This document shows positions 62,121-64,000 of a stretch of DNA of 64,000 nucleotides, piece after piece. The stretch covers positions 555,715 through 619,714 of the forward strand of contig NMRA01000022.1 of assembly GCA_002633005.1 (NCBI GenBank), given 5' to 3'. The notes below the pieces were generated by a model. The model was not told where the DNA came from. It was given only the letters and a program-made list of their open reading frames with translations, and did not search any database. This DNA comes from Phoronis australis (taxonomy: Eukaryota; Animalia; Phoronida). Made by a program: the position numbers and the translations under genes. Numbering within the stretch: the first letter of the stretch is position 1; each line of letters begins with the position of its first letter.

Positions 62121-64000
62121 GCTTGTTGTACTGTGTAGATGTCATAAAACTGCAGTGTTTAGCTGGTTTGTACTGCGTAGATGTCATAAAACAGCAACGT
62201 TTAGCTTGTTGTACTGTGTAGATGCCATAAAATTGCAGTGTTTAGCTGGTTTGTACTGCGTAGATGTCACAAAACAGTAATGTTTAGCTTGTTGTACTGT
62301 GTAGATGTCATAAAACTGAAGTGTTTAGCTGGTTTGTACTGTGTAGATGTCATAAAACAGCAATGTTTAGCTTGTTGTATTGTGTAGATGTCATAAAACT
62401 GCAGTGTTTAGCTGGTTTGTACTGTGTAGATGTCATAAAACAGCATTTGATTAAGTTTATAGTATTTGCACCAAGGTAACCAAGCTAAGAAAAAAATGAA
62501 AAATAGCGAAATGTGCGAAATTAGTGAAGAATTACTATAAACAGAATTTGCAAGGAGTTAAAGCAGTGACAAGTCACGACACCTGGTGTGCATTCCATAA
62601 GGCTTTTAGTAGGTTTGGCGATTCATATGCGAGATTTTGCCCTGCACTTCAAGCAAATCACTAGCGCTCACAAGCTTACAATTGTGACTGATGAGTGTCA
62701 CTGAACAGTCCCCATGTCCTTATACAGCCACCTTACCATCCAGAAACTATTGAGCGTAAACACCAATAGAAACTGTATTTTATTGGAATGTGGAAACCTT
62801 TTGACATTTTGGTGATCAACTAATGACGACACAAAACAACATGTTGTCCTCAGGGCTTGGAATGACCAATGACGCAAAATGCGGAAATTTTTACAGCCCA
62901 AAACATGCGCGCCTCACAGCTTTGAAGTAGTGGACCTTTTGCCGACAAAAATCGGGATGACTAAAAAAACAGCACCACCTCCAGAAGCATGCTGTGTCTG
63001 CGTCTTTTTAGCTCGTCCATCCACTCCACTCCCACCTCCACACATTTTTGGCTGCAGAGTCGTAGTATTTGTCACCGCGGTTTACAATCACACAAGACGC
63101 CATTGAAAAATCCACCACGCTATCCCAGATGCCCCGGCAATGTTGACAATTTACATTCCTATGAAACATAAAGAGCAACTTCCGCTTTTCGAGGTGAAAG
63201 TCGTCGGCAACGCCGCAGTAAGAAAGGAATTTGCCGCGGAAATTGTTTTTAAACGGAAATATAATAAAATATGCGGACAGAACATTTGAAAAAAGCGGAA
63301 ATCCGCGTTTCCACGGAAAATTCCAAGCCTTGTGTCCTCATTAAGTTATTTCTTCACACCAACAAATACCTCACCTGTAGTTGCCTAGTTTGACCCAGAT
63401 GATATCTCCATAGAGAGGTTTCTTGCCGATACGGCAATCGGGGCAGTACCACGTTCCGTCCGGGAAGTCGATTTTAAGACATTCCGCATGGAATGCTGCA
63501 GGACAACTCTCACAACACAGCAAAGTACCACCTAAAAGATAAGACATCGTCAAAACTGGCTAGTGTGTTTTGACAGGGTGTGTTTACAGCCAGCCCGGAA
63601 GTCTGTAACTTGGAATTAAACCAAGGTAAGTTTGAGATGAATCAAAACACTAAAAATACCCCCCTTAAGCAGTACACGGGACACAGTGCAATTATTAGTT
63701 AAAAGTGTGAACTCTCCTTATTTCAGAGATTCAATTACTTCTTTTAAGGTTATGTATGACCCCGAGAAAAAAGTTCAAATTCGCCAAACTTCAAAACATT
63801 ATATCTCAGAAATGTCTAATTGGACTCATATGAAACTTTCAGATACTATGCTTTATACACTGTTCCCCAAAAGGTGTTTAGGAATTCTTTCTAAAATGTA
63901 ACTTTGATAAAAATACTCGTAAGTTGCATGAAATGAAAACTATGTGATAATAATTTAGAGAACTGAAGCAAAGCTTTTGAGATCTCATCTTAATCATTTT
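62121..64000. other. Near-identical duplicate of ~59020-60390, including NSD exon copy 63531-63375
   Basis: Colinear with scattered SNPs and small indels; exon translation identical; begins at the gap inside the minisatellite. Confidence 0.9.
62851..63332. mobile_element. hAT-type MITE present only in the duplicate copy
   Basis: TIRs cagggcttggaat / attccaagccttg; 8-bp repeat tgtcctca at 62845-62852 (overlapping the TIR by 2 nt) and 63333-63340; subterminal gcggaa motifs. Confidence 0.8.

Noticed and set aside
61076-62221. 381-aa and 364-aa ORFs in the track
   Set aside because: Artefacts of translating the N-gap.

Overview
AT-rich, intron-rich eukaryotic (bilaterian invertebrate-type) DNA. 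It holds three conserved spliced genes: cyclin J (minus strand, 3' exons not found in the window), a complete 16-exon WDR1/AIP1 (plus strand, 606 aa, head-to-head with cyclin J) and the 3' half of an NSD-family H3K36 methyltransferase (minus strand, convergent with WDR1). WDR1 has an AT-AC U12 intron, and its 11-kb intron 11 hosts two tandem antisense genes for secreted alpha/beta-hydrolases. Repeats include Helentron-type (HINE/DINE-like) elements whose ~145-bp internal monomers each carry a CTCF-like motif, a decayed Penelope-like retroelement with two minimal hammerhead ribozymes, nested DNA transposons (8-bp, TA and TTAA target duplications), tRNA-derived SINEs and minisatellites. The sequence after the N-gap duplicates an NSD exon, most likely as an uncollapsed allele. 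All exon boundaries and alignments were read by eye; no database search was run.
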